This document shows positions 19,876 through 29,555 of a stretch of 64,000 nucleotides of DNA, piece by piece; positions within the stretch are counted from its first letter, which is position 1; the number at the start of each line of letters is the position of its first letter. The DNA is from a virus. The notes beneath the pieces are model-generated. The model searched no databases and was not told the DNA's origin. It saw nothing but the letters and a program-made list of their open reading frames with translations. Position numbers and translations under genes: made by a program. The stretch spans positions 48,038 to 112,037 of IMG/VR virus record IMGVR_UViG_3300036893_000013, one strand, 5' to 3'.

Positions 19876-20610
19876 TTAGCTTCCGCTACGACCTTGACGA
19901 CCAATTGCTCCGGTCTGGGACACAGATTGTGTTTCTCGTTGATAAATCAAATGTGGAAATAGAAAGATATTTTTCTGAGTTTCAGAAAGTCCTTCAGAGG
20001 CAGCAATAACTTGTTTAAGAAACTCCTGATGAGCAAAGGCAAATCTTTCATCGCCTTTATATTCATATGTTTTGGCTAAGTAGCCTTGGTTATATATATA
20101 AGAATAATAATCGGGAATGGGCGACCAAGTATCAAAAACAGTACCGAAAGTTGGAGACGATTGTTGATATAAGATATTTAGAACATAGGCTTTATCAGGT
20201 ACAGGCATCAATCTGAAAGTAATATTGCCGTTGTTATCGTCAAATACTGGTGAGATATAGGCAGGTTGTCCTAACCTAGTTTCACCGACTAACGCCATGT
20301 TAACTTCAAGCTCTTTGGAATAAAGGACTTGGTTGCCATCGGTATTAGGAGGAAATACTATGGTAGCTTTTTCAATCCAGCCAAAATTAGATACAGTAAC
20401 TTGATAGTCAGAAGTACCCGGTTCACAAACTATAGGAGGTACTGCTGCTCTATTCCAACGCCAAGCGAAGGGGGGAGCTAACATAAATTGACGTACCCAA
20501 TCGCCTATTGAATACGCCAATGCCCCACTATTCACGTAGAGTAGAGGGGCATTATAGATAAACCGAGAAGTAATATCTATCGTTGTTTTTAACTGGATCG
20601 AGGATGACAT
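19876..20610 (-). CDS. Head-tail adaptor / tail tubular protein A-like
   Basis: FAWRWN..GTSDY..GWIE, FRLMPVPDKAY, IPDYYSYI; position downstream of capsid cluster. Confidence 0.6.
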   Translation of the reverse strand: MSSSIQLKTTIDITSRFIYNAPLLYVNSGALAYSIGDWVRQFMLAPPFAWRWNRAAVPPIVCEPGTSDYQVTVSNFGWIEKATIVFPPNTDGNQVLYSKELEVNMALVGETRLGQPAYISPVFDDNNGNITFRLMPVPDKAYVLNILYQQSSPTFGTVFDTWSPIPDYYSYIYNQGYLAKTYEYKGDERFAFAHQEFLKQVIAASEGLSETQKNIFLFPHLIYQRETQSVSQTGAIGRQGRSGS

Positions 20611-20649
20611 TCTAATCTCTAGAGTTGCACCAATCCGGCCAATCTCGGG

Positions 20650-21156
20650 CTAATTGTTTTTCTTAAAAAGTAAGGCTTCTAATTGTTCCATAGGCATCTC
20701 ATATAACTCTTCAGTAGTGTAGCCTTTAAGACCAAAGTCGGTATAAGAGGTTTTAGTTTTTTCTGGTTCTTTTTTAGCAGGTTTGAGAAAGTTGAATATT
20801 TCTGCTAGAATTCGATCTTTCTCTTCCGGAGTTTGCCTAGCTAGCTGTCTAATAAGCTTTTCGCCGTTGGGAAGATGGTCTAAGAACTGCCCTGACTCGG
20901 GCATCTTTTCGAAGTATGCTATGTTTTCAAAATAGTATTTGTCGGCAGGATCAATATTAGAAATTAATTTAAGGCAGTAAGGACAAACTCCTACAATCTC
21001 TCCCGTAGGTAACTTCAAACAGTGGAAGGCGCGTTTAGGCGAATCCGCTGTAGGTTCAGATTGTCTATGTAAACACTCTTTTTGTCTTGCTTGACGTAGC
21101 TTTATCTTATGAATTTCTATATCCCGAATACCATCGCGGAGACTTTTTTCGTTCAT
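20650..21156 (-). CDS. Hypothetical Cys/His (possible Zn-binding) protein, paralog of 21156-21719
   Basis: CLH..AFHCLKLPTGEIVGVCPYCLK..ESGQF. Confidence 0.7.
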   Translation of the reverse strand: MNEKSLRDGIRDIEIHKIKLRQARQKECLHRQSEPTADSPKRAFHCLKLPTGEIVGVCPYCLKLISNIDPADKYYFENIAYFEKMPESGQFLDHLPNGEKLIRQLARQTPEEKDRILAEIFNFLKPAKKEPEKTKTSYTDFGLKGYTTEELYEMPMEQLEALLFKKNN

Positions 21157-21719
21157 TAGATCAATTCATCCTCAAAATCTTCTAAAAGGGGAGCTTCTTT
21201 TTCAGCCTTTTCTCTGGCTGCTATAACTCTAGCTCTTTCGTCAGGACTTAACCTAGCCAGTTGCGCTTTGATTGGATCAGCCATAATAAACTGTCCTGAT
21301 TCAGCTATCGCACCACTCCGTTTACGGAAGTATTTAGTATCTTCTGGATTAACTGAAGAAATGACTTTGAAGCAGTAAGTGCAGATTCCGATTAGTTCAC
21401 CGGTACAGAGTTTGAGACAGTGAAAAGCAGCTTTACCATTTCTGTCAGTGCCATTTTGTCCTTGCTCGTGTTCGCAAAATCTCTGAGTTCGCTTACGGTT
21501 CTTGAGTTTGTTGATTTCGATACTACGCTGGACTTGTCTTTGTTCTTCCGTAAACTGTTGTTGTTCTGGACTTTTATAAGTAGGAGATAGCTTTTCAAAA
21601 GCTTCAGCTAATGTCTTGGCATTGTCCTTGTTCATCATTGTAAGAAGATTAACAAGGTCTGCTCCAGTTAATGTAATAGGAGCGTTTAAATCAATTTCTT
21701 TCTTTTCTTCCTTTGGCAT
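21156..21719 (-). CDS. Hypothetical Cys/His protein, paralog of 20650-21156
   Basis: CEH..AFHCLKLCTGELIGICTYCFK..ESGQF. Confidence 0.7.
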   Translation of the reverse strand: MPKEEKKEIDLNAPITLTGADLVNLLTMMNKDNAKTLAEAFEKLSPTYKSPEQQQFTEEQRQVQRSIEINKLKNRKRTQRFCEHEQGQNGTDRNGKAAFHCLKLCTGELIGICTYCFKVISSVNPEDTKYFRKRSGAIAESGQFIMADPIKAQLARLSPDERARVIAAREKAEKEAPLLEDFEDELI

Positions 21720-21734
21720 GAACGGAATACCCCG

Positions 21735-22391
21735 TTATCCTCTCTTTTGATTCCTGTAGTTATAAAGGGTTTTTGCCCAGATTTTTTCATCGCAAAACCC
21801 AAAAACTTTATTAACTTCTTGTTCAGTTAAATAACCGTCAATAATTAATTTAAGAAGTACTCCTCGATAACCTCGGTGGGTCTCATCAATAGGTACTCCA
21901 TTTCTATCGTATTTATATGAACTAAACTCTTGGATTCTACCTGATGGAATAAAACCTATGTATCTAACTCCATTAGTATCAACACATCTGGAATCAATTA
22001 TGTAAAGAGAAAATTCATCTAGAAAGTATGCATCTCCCACAATAAGATTGACACCTAGCAGTTCTCTTAGTTTAGAAATGAAGTCGCTGTGCCAGAGCCA
22101 TCTACCTATAGAATCTCTCTCTAGATAGTCTAGTTCATCCGGTCTTCGCTGAGCTTCTACCGCCGCTGAATTCTCATTCATCTCTCGATAACGATGGTAG
22201 TTTTCTTCGATATTAAGCCGGGGGGTATTTAAACACTGATTACACAGGTTTGCATGTCCGTCCCGGCTGCTGGAATCTTTCTTAAACTTCTTATAAATGT
22301 ACGCTCTACGACAAGCTGCACATTCTTTTCCCAGCAAAGAAGAAGAGAATGCAAGATCATGGTCAAGAACATTTTCTGGAGAATGCAACAT
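21735..22391 (-). CDS. Hypothetical protein with N-terminal CxxC...CxxC zinc ribbon
   Basis: KECAAC..F.KD..SRDGH..CNQC. Confidence 0.65.
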   Translation of the reverse strand: MLHSPENVLDHDLAFSSSLLGKECAACRRAYIYKKFKKDSSSRDGHANLCNQCLNTPRLNIEENYHRYREMNENSAAVEAQRRPDELDYLERDSIGRWLWHSDFISKLRELLGVNLIVGDAYFLDEFSLYIIDSRCVDTNGVRYIGFIPSGRIQEFSSYKYDRNGVPIDETHRGYRGVLLKLIIDGYLTEQEVNKVFGFCDEKIWAKTLYNYRNQKRG

Positions 22392-22420
22392 TAAGTCCTC
22401 TCGACACTTAAAATTATTCT

Positions 22421-23113
22421 TTAGATTTGATCTAGTGCGAACTCGCAGATAGTAACTGAGCCACCTGCCGCACTACCAAAAACGGCACTCGGAGTAAAAA
22501 TGAGTTTCGAGACTGTGGTAACTGCCACCTGATTGGAAAGTGCCGCTTGTGTTTTAGCTGTATTACCAACCTGACCATCAAATATTCCACTGAGAGTCTG
22601 AGTGGTAGAATCCCACTGCACAATTGCCTCTAGGTAAAATTGACCAGTAGAAGTCGTGGTTGTACTAGCGTTAGAGATACCAGCAGTTAAAGCAGCAATC
22701 TTGTAGGTGGCGGTGACAGCCGTCCCGTTGTAGATATTTACTGCGACTGTATTCGGACTAGCCGTAACAGTAGTTGGATTAACCGAAGCAGTTCCCATTA
22801 CGCGAAGCTTAAAAGGTCTGCCACTATCAAAGGTAGTAGTACTAAAGAACGGAGGTTCGGTAAACACACTAGTTTTGCGCCCGAAACTCTGACTTGAAAT
22901 AGAACCGTTTTGATTGAATTCAATCGGGCTACCAGACCCAACTAAGTTACCAGTATTACCCTGAGGCACTGTGAGGGTTGCCGAGACCGTGGTCCCTGAA
23001 GTATCTGTACCGAGAGCAAATACCGTTTCGGTAGCACTCGCTAAAGTGAGCACGTTGACTTGGTTCCGTCCGGTTCCACCAACGTAAAGAGCAATTGTAT
23101 CTGAATTAGCCAT
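22421..23113 (-). CDS. Putative capsid decoration/virion beta-protein (paralog of 35635-36237)
   Basis: T/S/G-rich; GRPFKLRV, WDSTTQTLSG, TICEF shared with 35635-36237. Confidence 0.55.
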   Translation of the reverse strand: MANSDTIALYVGGTGRNQVNVLTLASATETVFALGTDTSGTTVSATLTVPQGNTGNLVGSGSPIEFNQNGSISSQSFGRKTSVFTEPPFFSTTTFDSGRPFKLRVMGTASVNPTTVTASPNTVAVNIYNGTAVTATYKIAALTAGISNASTTTTSTGQFYLEAIVQWDSTTQTLSGIFDGQVGNTAKTQAALSNQVAVTTVSKLIFTPSAVFGSAAGGSVTICEFALDQI

Positions 23114-23122
23114 TATTTCCTC

Positions 23123-23737
23123 TTAACTAACGCTAGCTGCGCTTTCATCGTGCTCTAGCGGCTTGAATATTCTTTCTGCTGTAATATTACCGTGACCGTC
23201 AAAGCCTATAGCTACAACGCCACCGGGCTTTACAACTAAACTTTTGTGATCCCCTGTCAATTGTGTTCCGACTTCATGTATAACGCTGCTATGAGCAACC
23301 ACGAATCCCGGTCCTATTTTTGCCGCGTGTTCAAAACATTCAGCTAGAACAGGTAGAATTCTGTCTTTGAATTCGTTGAGGCTTTCGCCTTCTGGAACCG
23401 ATTCGTCGGGGTTATTAATATATTTCTCTAACTCTTTTAGGTTTTCTTCGTTCTTAGGTTGACCAGAAAACTTTCCTAGATTCCACGCTCTTAGTTGATC
23501 TGTGTCTGTAGGTTCTATGTCTGTTCCTTTGGCTAAAATATTTGCCGTTTGGGTGGCCCTTTTTTTGTCTGAAGAAACAATGAAGGAGGGTTTGACCTCT
23601 TCGAGAAATTTTTTAATTTCCTCTGCGTCTTTAAATCCCTCTTCTACTAAAGGAATATTAGCCTCACCACGAAAAAGTCCTTTTTGGTTGTACAAAGTTT
23701 TTCCGTGACGTATGAGATATATGACTGGAGTAAGCAT
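23123..23737 (-). CDS. Histidine phosphatase (phosphoglycerate mutase family)
   Basis: IYLIRHG, SSDKKRATQTA, GESL..F..R, VAHS. Confidence 0.9.
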   Translation of the reverse strand: MLTPVIYLIRHGKTLYNQKGLFRGEANIPLVEEGFKDAEEIKKFLEEVKPSFIVSSDKKRATQTANILAKGTDIEPTDTDQLRAWNLGKFSGQPKNEENLKELEKYINNPDESVPEGESLNEFKDRILPVLAECFEHAAKIGPGFVVAHSSVIHEVGTQLTGDHKSLVVKPGGVVAIGFDGHGNITAERIFKPLEHDESAASVS

Positions 23738-23744
23738 ATTGAGT

Positions 23745-23984
23745 TTATTTACTTTTTGCTTCTCTTTCTCTTTTATATCTTGCGTCTTGTGAAACTTTCA
23801 TTCTCGCTCTATACTCAGGGTCCTCCCAGAGTTTTATGGCTCTGTGCAAGTATCCGCGAGGATTTGTCCTAGCAGAAGACTTATGACTAGTCCATCTGGT
23901 ACTTACATCATACGTCTTTCCAACATACCATTTATCATTAAGAATATTAGTTATTATGTAGATATAAAAATGTTTAGATTCCAT
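23745..23984 (-). pseudogene. Internally deleted GIY-YIG homing endonuclease remnant
   Basis: YIYIITN..YVGKT..RW..H..LHRAIK jumps directly to LWEDPEYR tail; catalytic Glu/Asn region missing; 79 aa. Confidence 0.7.
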
Positions 23985-24371
23985 TTAGCCTACTAGGATA
24001 AATTCACAAGGAGTACCTAGCTGGTTAGAAATAAGAGTTAGAGCAGATATACCATTAGTAGTAGTTACTTCTGAAAATGTAATTAAAGCTCCGGGGTCTA
24101 GAACCACAATACTAGCGGAACTGCCATTTGTAGGTGTCCACGACACAGTTAGAGTCGTACCGGCATTAGCAGACAAATTTTTTATATACAAAAACTCAAT
24201 AGGATTAATGGGTAAGACAACCGCATAAGCGGTGGTACCAACAATAACGCTTTGACCGTAAGTACTTATCTCACCGGTATAAGAGTTATTAAGCGGCTTA
24301 GACAAAGCCACACTCCCGGTCAAGTTATCTGTTAATTTTATTGCCCCTTGAATGGTTGCAGTAACCGACAT
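23985..24371 (-). CDS. Putative small virion (capsid-associated) protein
   Basis: First CDS downstream of MCP; beta-rich, FLYIKNL motif. Confidence 0.55.
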   Translation of the reverse strand: MSVTATIQGAIKLTDNLTGSVALSKPLNNSYTGEISTYGQSVIVGTTAYAVVLPINPIEFLYIKNLSANAGTTLTVSWTPTNGSSASIVVLDPGALITFSEVTTTNGISALTLISNQLGTPCEFILVG

Positions 24372-24402
24372 TTTAATCCTTTAAACTTTTTTCTTAAAAA
24401 TA

Positions 24403-24577
24403 CTAGCAGGGGAATGATCTTAGGAAGGTCTAAAATATCTTTGGCCCGCCTACTTTCCGGGAAATAGAGTTAGCTGTGTGCTTTCTTCTATTTGCCGGAA
24501 GTTTGGCGAAGATACTTTACTTAGCGCACTCCCCCGGCCAAGGGTTTGTGCATTCAGGTTCTTACGAACCCTGCTAG
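24403..24577 (-). ncRNA. Unknown structured RNA (~175 nt) with predicted pseudoknot
   Basis: Closing stem CTAGCAG(GG)/(CC)CTGCTAG, GGTTC-GTAA-GAACC GNRA hairpin, long inner stem, loop UUGGCC complementary to bulge GGCCAA; most G-U pairs favour the minus strand. Confidence 0.65.
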
Positions 24578-24604
24578 ATTAGTAGATCAAGACGTTAGTC
24601 TAAA

Positions 24605-25594
24605 TTAGCTTGAGCTTGTGTTGGACAAGATTTTACGGAGGCGCATCACACTACCCGGAGGAGGTGTAATAGTGAATTTCACATTATAGGAAATCCAGCC
24701 ACCGATAAGTCTTGCAGGGTCTGACACCGAACCACCTTCAGGGGCCATCTGGATGTTCATACTGTAGTTCTTCTTATTTTTATCAGCCGGATTAGGACCC
24801 AAGAAGATACTGAGCAGAGCATCGTCGGCAAAGATGTACGTTGGATAGAACAAGTTGCCTGAAATGGTTGTAGGAGATGCTGTAGTGGTTTCCTTAAACT
24901 TAACGCCAGCGAATTCAAAAGGTGCATCGCGGTCAACAGCCGAGAAAAGCTTCTTCTGAGTATCACTCTGACGCTTCATAATATCGGTCAAACCGTTGAA
25001 GCTAGCATCGTTATACACGTCATGGGTGACGAGAGGATTGATGATACCCGCGTAGGTATCGCCCTCGAAGAACCGGACGTTGATGCTCGACAACTGTTGA
25101 GCGACAGTACGAATGTTAGAAGCGGTAAGAAAGGTACCGGTTGCAAGGGTCTGAAGAACCGTGCTATCAACACCTGTAGTGGAGTCAGCCGCAGTAGACA
25201 CAAGCAGGTTAAGGGTGAGTGCCAAGCGATAGTTCATTTCCTCAGCAAGGCTGGACAGAAGACCCTTATCATCAAGAGCGGTATCCATCAACAGATCAGA
25301 ACTGTTAGTGTAGTCAGCATACTGACCAATAACAGCCTGAATCTTGACTGCGCTTTCAGGAACCGGCGAACCAACAAAACCTTCAGTTGATTGCTGGATA
25401 TTAGAACCCAAAAGGTTATAGGAGAAGAACTGTATAGTGTTACCACTATGCATGGGAAGCGGCCACTGTTTAGTGCAGCCCAAGAAGGGGGTTGACTGCT
25501 TCAAGTTAGGAATTGCTTTACGCTCGTAATAGATAGCTAGAGCGTTAGGAAAGTTGCCGGAAGCAACCGTATTTACTGCTGGTGAATAGGCCAT
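24605..25594 (-). CDS. Major capsid protein (N4-gp56/P22-coat-like HK97 fold)
   Basis: LPMHSGNTIQF, EG..G, IGQYADY..SDLL, IINP..HD, FAGVKF.ET; follows scaffold and portal. Confidence 0.85.
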   Translation of the reverse strand: MAYSPAVNTVASGNFPNALAIYYERKAIPNLKQSTPFLGCTKQWPLPMHSGNTIQFFSYNLLGSNIQQSTEGFVGSPVPESAVKIQAVIGQYADYTNSSDLLMDTALDDKGLLSSLAEEMNYRLALTLNLLVSTAADSTTGVDSTVLQTLATGTFLTASNIRTVAQQLSSINVRFFEGDTYAGIINPLVTHDVYNDASFNGLTDIMKRQSDTQKKLFSAVDRDAPFEFAGVKFKETTTASPTTISGNLFYPTYIFADDALLSIFLGPNPADKNKKNYSMNIQMAPEGGSVSDPARLIGGWISYNVKFTITPPPGSVMRLRKILSNTSSS

Positions 25595-25611
25595 TATGGT
25601 GCCTTAAAAAA

Positions 25612-26754
25612 TTATTGCCGACCTTGTTGCTGGGCGCGTAACTGAGCCGCAGCAATCATCCTTAGGTCTGCTAAGGATATATTTTGAAGGTCTACGTCTG
25701 TCAGCGGCTTCTCTTCTGGAACCACTGCTGGAGTACTACTCCTAGCGGGAATTCCTAAGCCCACTGGCTGTCCGGTAGTTGTAGCAATACGCTGCGGGGC
25801 TGGCACGGATGGACCGGGTACAGTCACTGGTTCGGGTTTATGGGTTGCAACAGAACGGGGAGACTCTGGACGTTCAAACAATTCGCTTTCAACCAGTTCT
25901 TCTTTCGCTGTTTCAAGATTCTCTAGAGTCCACTTACCTCTTTTGTAAACTTCATAAATACAATCATCTACGATAGCTTGAGGGGTGTGTTTTGTAATCT
26001 TTTTATTCAGATAAGATTTTGCCATTCTAGCGACTAATATACGCATATTTGCTTCATTGACAGCATTATCTGCGGTCGTTACGTATTCTAGATAGTCAGG
26101 ATTCTGATTGACAAATTCTGAATTTACTTCGTCTATATTAGCCTTTATATTCTGGGCTTCTACTATTCTTTTAGCTTCAGGGGCAGACTTCAAGGCTTCG
26201 GCAAACTCGTCTGGATTAAGTCCAAATCTTTTCTTTACCCAAGCATCGATAGCTTCTGAAGGATTATCCTGTAGTTTATTTTTAATTTCGTATACATCGT
26301 CTGCGGAAAGATTTTCAACTTTCGCTGTATTTCTTACCGGAGCGGCAGTAAGAGTAGCCTCTTCACCGCCTAAAAGTTTCTCTTTCTTAAGTCTATGAAT
26401 GGCTTTACTTGCTTCTAACTTACCTTCAGCTAAAGTGAAAATCAATTCATCTTTATTAGGTCCATAGAAATTTTCCGCTGTACTATTAGCTTCGCCGGAA
26501 GTCAGGGTTGCTCTCCAACCTCTGCTGGTCTTTTCTAACGTAATGCTGCCACCGTTCTTAGCTATTCTAGTTTCAGGTGAAGTTTCTGTTGGAACTTCTG
26601 GGACTTCTGGAACTTCTGGAACTGTCGGGACCTTGAAATTTTCTGGCTTATCTAATTCTAAAGGAATTTCTTCAAAGAAATCATTACCTGTAGGATTGGC
26701 TAATGATATTCCGCTAGCCCATTCATTGAAAACATCTTTATCTTCGTTCGGCAT
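25612..26754 (-). CDS. Putative capsid scaffolding protein
   Basis: Acidic helical protein immediately upstream of MCP, Pro-rich tail ending DLQNISLADLR. Confidence 0.6.
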   Translation of the reverse strand: MPNEDKDVFNEWASGISLANPTGNDFFEEIPLELDKPENFKVPTVPEVPEVPEVPTETSPETRIAKNGGSITLEKTSRGWRATLTSGEANSTAENFYGPNKDELIFTLAEGKLEASKAIHRLKKEKLLGGEEATLTAAPVRNTAKVENLSADDVYEIKNKLQDNPSEAIDAWVKKRFGLNPDEFAEALKSAPEAKRIVEAQNIKANIDEVNSEFVNQNPDYLEYVTTADNAVNEANMRILVARMAKSYLNKKITKHTPQAIVDDCIYEVYKRGKWTLENLETAKEELVESELFERPESPRSVATHKPEPVTVPGPSVPAPQRIATTTGQPVGLGIPARSSTPAVVPEEKPLTDVDLQNISLADLRMIAAAQLRAQQQGRQ

Positions 26755-26777
26755 TAGTCCTCATTGTCTTAAAATAC

Positions 26778-27113
26778 TTAAGCCCAATCATCGTTATCAT
26801 TTGGTATATTTCTAATCTCGCCTAATGTTATTTTTGCCATCTCACCTGCTTGTATAGCAGATGATACTGCTTCTTTAACATTATTGTAGGCATTTCTAAC
26901 TGAATACCAGACAGAAAAGGCAGCTAAGATAGCTTTATCATTTCCCGGTTGTTGCTCGCCTAGTTGAGTTAGGGCATCCTCTTCGATGCTTTGAAAGGAT
27001 TTATCTATGATATCCCAGCCTTCAGTAGTAAGAGTAAATCGCAGGGCGTTGGCAGTATTTATCTGTTCTAGTAATTGTTCTTCTACATTTTGATCGTAGT
27101 CATAGTCAGCCAT
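26778..27113 (-). CDS. Hypothetical protein (portal-adjacent, Bbp19-like position)
   Basis: TEGWDII motif, between portal and scaffold. Confidence 0.6.
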   Translation of the reverse strand: MADYDYDQNVEEQLLEQINTANALRFTLTTEGWDIIDKSFQSIEEDALTQLGEQQPGNDKAILAAFSVWYSVRNAYNNVKEAVSSAIQAGEMAKITLGEIRNIPNDNDDWA

Positions 27114-27116
27114 ACT

Positions 27117-29210
27117 TTACTCCGGACCAGATTCAGAACCAAAACCGACACCACCGGGGCCGGGATTTCCAGTTAGTGCTTCCGGGGTTGCGCTTACTTC
27201 GAAAGAACGCCTCAAAACCTCGTTTGCGGCTCTAGCCATATTATTTTGTTCGGCAAGAGACTGCTGATGCTCAAACTTAGCTTGCTGCTGAGCATTGTCG
27301 TTCTGCATCTTAGCTTGCTGCATAGCTGCCGGTTGATTCTGCTGGGCCTGTTGTTTTTCTTGTGGAGTCATATCTATAATAACGCTATAGAAGGTTTTCC
27401 AACCGCTGGCCTCAAACATCATTTTCAGAACTTGTACAGTGTCTACTTTCTTACCTTCGGAGGCTAGGGATTGTACAATAAATTGGTTCTGGAGAAATTG
27501 CGTCATAAGGGGAAGTGACTGAGCCATTGCTCTACGTTCACTTAACTTACTTCCCGCTTGTACATCGAATATAAGTCTTGCGTGGCGAATTTCTTCTATA
27601 TTACCACCGGTAGCAAAATACTGATTCTGCAACTCTTCGTTTAGAATTTTTTCTACCATTCCAGCAGGGAGTAGTCTTCTGTTCATTTCATCTAATCGGT
27701 AAAGAAAAGGAATGAACACTTGCTGGGCAAACTTCTCTAAAAATTCTGAGATTTGAACCCCTTGACCGCCTGTGATGGCGTTTGCTCCCGCTGCGGTTCT
27801 GGCAAGGTTGCTATGTCCAGTACTACCCGCAATACCTTGTGATGTAATTTCTCCGGCACCCGAGTTTTGTTCGACTCTAGCCTGAGACAAAGCTAGATGT
27901 TGCCCAGCTTCCGGAACTACGGGAGGTCTTTCTAACGGTTTAAAATCGTCTGCTTCATCTACTTCGAAGACCCGACCGGGATGAATACGAATACTCTGGG
28001 TCGGAATGCTTTTACCACGCTTGCGGGTATAGACTCCTGCAAGGGCGATGGCGGTTGAATCAAGCCATGTATTAACAATTCCTTGCTGAAGTCGCTGCTC
28101 TGATCCAATTGTTCTAGCGAGTCCAAGACCATAGAAAGCTCCCGGAACATCCCACCAGTTGACTGAGAAGAAAGGGATTTCTCCGTAGGGATTAGGTCCA
28201 TTGCAAATAACTTTCTTTTGTTGAACAACGATGATGATCTTTTCTTTATCCCAACGCTCTAATACTTCAAGGGGTTTTTCGAAAGGATCGTCAGTAGCTT
28301 GGGTCCAACGGGGGTTAGCCCTCATATCCCAGACTGCATTTATCCCTGTCTGTTCATCATAAGCCGGAATAGCTTCCTCTGCGGGAGGCATGAACCAACT
28401 CATAACTTCTTGACGGGAGGGTAGAGTATAACCCGGAACATCTCTAAGTTTTTCTAAATCATTGAATGTCATATACATACGGTGTATGACAAACTTAGCT
28501 TCGCGAATATCTGGGGTTCTTAGTGTGGGATCAACCAGAATATCTTTGATGCTCGTGATATTCTCAAATCGTGGTTGTTCGACACTTATTTCATCTGTTT
28601 TTTCTTCTAGAGGAGTATCGGGATCGTGGTAGGTAGTGTCAGGAACTCCGGGAATAGTAGACGGAATAACTGTTTTCTTATCTTCCCTATCATAGTAAGT
28701 ATTTTTCTTTTTATAACTACTCCAACCCCACTTCCAGATATTAGTACCATATAAGCAGGCGTTGAGAACACCACGACGGACTTCTTCTTTGAAGTTAATT
28801 TCTTCTAACTGATAACCAATAATATCCGATATGGCTTCTACAGTTTTATATTGAGTGCCGGGTCTGGGTTGAAAGATGAAGGGAGGATCATCATAAAACA
28901 ACCCATTTAGAATTTGAGGAGTAAGAGAGTTTACTGCTTTGGCGACGGTATAGAAAGGGATATTAGCTCTTTCTAGCTGTGTGCCTTCCCAATATTTAGG
29001 AACAGTGGTAGACTGATATACAATAGAAGCTGAATTCCATCCAGCAATCCATTGCTTAGCTGCTTTAGCAGTTTCCGCGCTATAGGTGTCTCGTAGGACT
29101 AGAGTGAGTGCAGGGTCTTCGGCCCATTTCCCTGTCTTAAGGATTTGGGAAATTACTTCCTCCGTTAGTATCGGAGTGTTGCCGTTTCCTGCATCATCTA
29201 TTAGAGCCAA
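27117..29210 (-). CDS. Portal protein (podovirus-type)
   Basis: 697 aa; LYGTNIWKWGW, NPYGEIPF, FYGLG, RTAAGA, Gln-rich C-terminal barrel; downstream of TerL. Confidence 0.9.
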   Translation of the reverse strand: MALIDDAGNGNTPILTEEVISQILKTGKWAEDPALTLVLRDTYSAETAKAAKQWIAGWNSASIVYQSTTVPKYWEGTQLERANIPFYTVAKAVNSLTPQILNGLFYDDPPFIFQPRPGTQYKTVEAISDIIGYQLEEINFKEEVRRGVLNACLYGTNIWKWGWSSYKKKNTYYDREDKKTVIPSTIPGVPDTTYHDPDTPLEEKTDEISVEQPRFENITSIKDILVDPTLRTPDIREAKFVIHRMYMTFNDLEKLRDVPGYTLPSRQEVMSWFMPPAEEAIPAYDEQTGINAVWDMRANPRWTQATDDPFEKPLEVLERWDKEKIIIVVQQKKVICNGPNPYGEIPFFSVNWWDVPGAFYGLGLARTIGSEQRLQQGIVNTWLDSTAIALAGVYTRKRGKSIPTQSIRIHPGRVFEVDEADDFKPLERPPVVPEAGQHLALSQARVEQNSGAGEITSQGIAGSTGHSNLARTAAGANAITGGQGVQISEFLEKFAQQVFIPFLYRLDEMNRRLLPAGMVEKILNEELQNQYFATGGNIEEIRHARLIFDVQAGSKLSERRAMAQSLPLMTQFLQNQFIVQSLASEGKKVDTVQVLKMMFEASGWKTFYSVIIDMTPQEKQQAQQNQPAAMQQAKMQNDNAQQQAKFEHQQSLAEQNNMARAANEVLRRSFEVSATPEALTGNPGPGGVGFGSESGPE

Positions 29211-29219
29211 AGTCTAACC

Positions 29220-29555
29220 TTAGCCCTTATAGGCTCTGCCGCCATTCCAGCAGCTATTCTGTCCAGTCGTTAGATCAACGCTACCACCACTGCCAGCACT
29301 TGTACCCGCTCCAGCACTTGATTGAGAGGCGCTCTCGCTCGATCCGCCCCAAACAGAAGGACCGGCAATACCTTTACCTTGCGCTGAGTTATTAAAAATC
29401 TGATCGGGAGAAAGCTTGATAATTACATTTGTTGAGCCTTGAGTCTGAGCATTGTCCTTTGAAGGAGCTTCGTAATCCCGAGGATTGGTAAGGTTTTCAG
29501 CAGGTCTAAGAATACTCCCTGAAGTAGACCCACTATTGTTGTTCATGTCAGCCAT
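29220..29555 (-). CDS. Hypothetical low-complexity protein
   Basis: ORF coupled to GT gene. Confidence 0.55.
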   Translation of the reverse strand: MADMNNNSGSTSGSILRPAENLTNPRDYEAPSKDNAQTQGSTNVIIKLSPDQIFNNSAQGKGIAGPSVWGGSSESASQSSAGAGTSAGSGGSVDLTTGQNSCWNGGRAYKG

